NCBI GenBank assembly: GCA_002633005.1
Contig: NMRA01000765.1
Span: forward strand, 1 to 64,000
DNA length: 64,000 nucleotides
Reading direction: 5' to 3'
Source: Phoronis australis
Lineage: Eukaryota > Animalia > Phoronida
The notes under the pieces are model-generated. The model saw only the letters and a list, made by a program, of their open reading frames with translations, was not told the DNA's origin and ran no database searches. The position numbers and the translations under genes were made by a program. Shown piece after piece: positions 61,986 through 64,000 of the stretch (its first letter is position 1; every line of letters starts with the position of its first letter).

Positions 61986-64000
61986 ATCGACAGACTTTTT
62001 TGTTACAAAAGGAGGATCATGCAAGAAAATGGCGTTTACTAGATTGTTTTTCAATTAAACGGCTGCAACGTGCAAGATGACTGCCGGTTAACTCACAGAT
62101 TTTGTGTGCACAGGCCGACGGTCGTTAGCTCTACCGTGGAGTAAAACATTAATAGTCGTAGGCTCGATCTACATGTTGGGGACAAGGTGACAAGGTGAAC
62201 TACCCGGGCTGTGTGAAATTTCTGGGTCTAACGGAGACACTGACGCAGTGGTCAGCCAGCTTGCTGTATCAAGACTAATGTCAAAATCCAAATTCGTTTT
62301 ATCGTGTTCCTGTCAATAATAATGGCATGCTAAATTTTTACAATGTTCGTACTTCAGGAACACGACATCACGTGTTTTGTAGACATACGCGCACGCCGCA
62401 GATCACATCTCGGAAATTCCCAATTTGACGGATGACAATGAATGAGCACAATGAAATTAAACATTTTACAGCTTGTAAGATTCATAATAAACATATTTTG
62501 AATATTGCAATGCATGTGTTCCAAAATCTAAATAACTTGGGTCCTATAATTTTGTATTCGTGCGCGCCGAATGAAAGTAATCGTGAGTGTTACTGTGTTG
62601 CAAAATCACTTATCCTGGGCCGATTTGAAAAATTCAAAGTTGTTCTCATATTTGTTTTCGTTCCTCTTTTCAAATATTACAGTTAAACTTACGTAAAACT
62701 CTCTCCATAAAAAGTACAGTCTGCTACGCCAGATTGTAATCAGGTGATCATATCCGCATGAGCGAAGCCAATTATCCTCGCTCGTGACTTGATGAATAGA
62801 GCAGCTTGGCGGCATCCCTTTGATCGTGAGCTGAGCGCAACTCAGCCTTAGGTGGATAAATACAGTCTAGTTCAATCTGCCAAACCCCACTGTTTACCCT
62901 GATAGGCGGGTTTGGGCCAATCTTTTTTAGTGGGAATGTTTATAGCATGACCATGTTCAGTAAGAGTGTGACTTTCTGTCTTGGGAACAACTGACAGTTT
63001 TACATACTTTGTGAGTTATTTTCTGCAGTGAAGGCACCAAGAAAAAACAAACTGGGAAGATGTGACGTACTTGCTCGCTTTCAAAATGGAGAGGCACTCT
63101 GCCAAAACCCAAAAAAAGAAACCACAGTAAAGCAGCCATAACTGTTACTGTTAAAACTGATATTTTGGGCTTGGAGTGGGTAACTATGACTGTTATTGTA
63201 TAATGCATGGGCAGCGCACAACAGGGGGCTGGGGCTATAGCCCCCCACTTTTTTCAGTGCTGCGGCGTCCATGATATGGATATGTAGATGAAAACTATAT
63301 ATGTTAAGTAAACAGGCCTCCGGTCCACATTGCAATTTAACAAAAATAGCAAATTTATGTTTTACACATCACTTTAAAATCTTTTTATTGAGTTTCTGCA
63401 TGTACCATAAACTTGGCAAGTACATGCCTTACTTTCTCCCATCTTTAATCTCTTAAACATGACAATACTTGATGATATATTACCAACATATCTGTTTCTA
63501 GCTTCATCATATAATGGGCATTCCAACAAAACAGTGTTCTGTTCCAATACAATTCATACTGCAGCCCAGGCATGTTCTCTCATTGACCCATGTGTCTCCC
63601 TCCTTTAACACTCATGGGAGAATGGCCACAACATCTAAGTCTAGCCAAAGCGGATCTGAGCAAAGCACTATGAAAATGCCTTATATAACCTTGTGACAAG
63701 AAATCAGTTTATAGTATCTAACGACTGTGAGGAAATTTTATCTTCCCAATGTTGTAGGTCAATGTCAATACATCGTTGCTTAAATTCCTTTATAAAATTA
63801 TACACATCTCTTACAGCTTAGTACATCCAGACCATTCCAAAACCATATTTAAACAGAATTTTCTTCACAAATTTAATACCCAACGAGGTCTATTAACTTC
63901 AGCCATTTCACACTGTACATCACAACATATTCTAGTGTATCTACATCTGCATGACTCGGTGAGAAGTCAAAACCAGTACTTAATTACTCTGCTTATCATC

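Noticed and set aside
63875-64000. Candidate upstream SEA N-half exon of gene B
   Set aside because: The open frame ends in phase 2, not phase 1, and shows no SEA-like pattern.

Overview
Eukaryotic, AT-rich, intron- and transposon-rich DNA, probably from a marine invertebrate. It has N gaps at ~17514-17675 and ~34070-34205 and a single N at 48695. Most entries in the ORF track are spurious. Reading splice sites on the minus strand gives two tandem genes for single-pass (type I) membrane proteins. Gene A (28380->~80) is an Ig-superfamily receptor: an N-terminal V-type domain with no Cys and no core Trp (CD2/CEACAM/HepaCAM-like), two further Ig domains, three phase-1 Ser/Thr micro-exons, a TM exon and a short tail. 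Gene B (enters the window from beyond 59635, ends ~42008) is a SEA-like/mucin-stalk receptor: a duplicated 209-nt SEA C-half exon (GSVVV versus GGVVF), an RGD-containing linker exon, an array of duplicated phase-0 Ser/Thr/Pro micro-exons, and a TM exon. The introns are packed with a DINE-1/HINE-like Helentron family carrying ~450-bp central repeats, nested TA-, TTAA-, 5-, 6- and 8-bp-TSD DNA elements, a 5'-truncated L1/Tx1-like LINE flanked by a 75-bp direct repeat, and CR1-like and RTE-like 3' ends. All gene models were inferred by eye from GT-AG sites and phase compatibility; there is no expression or database evidence.
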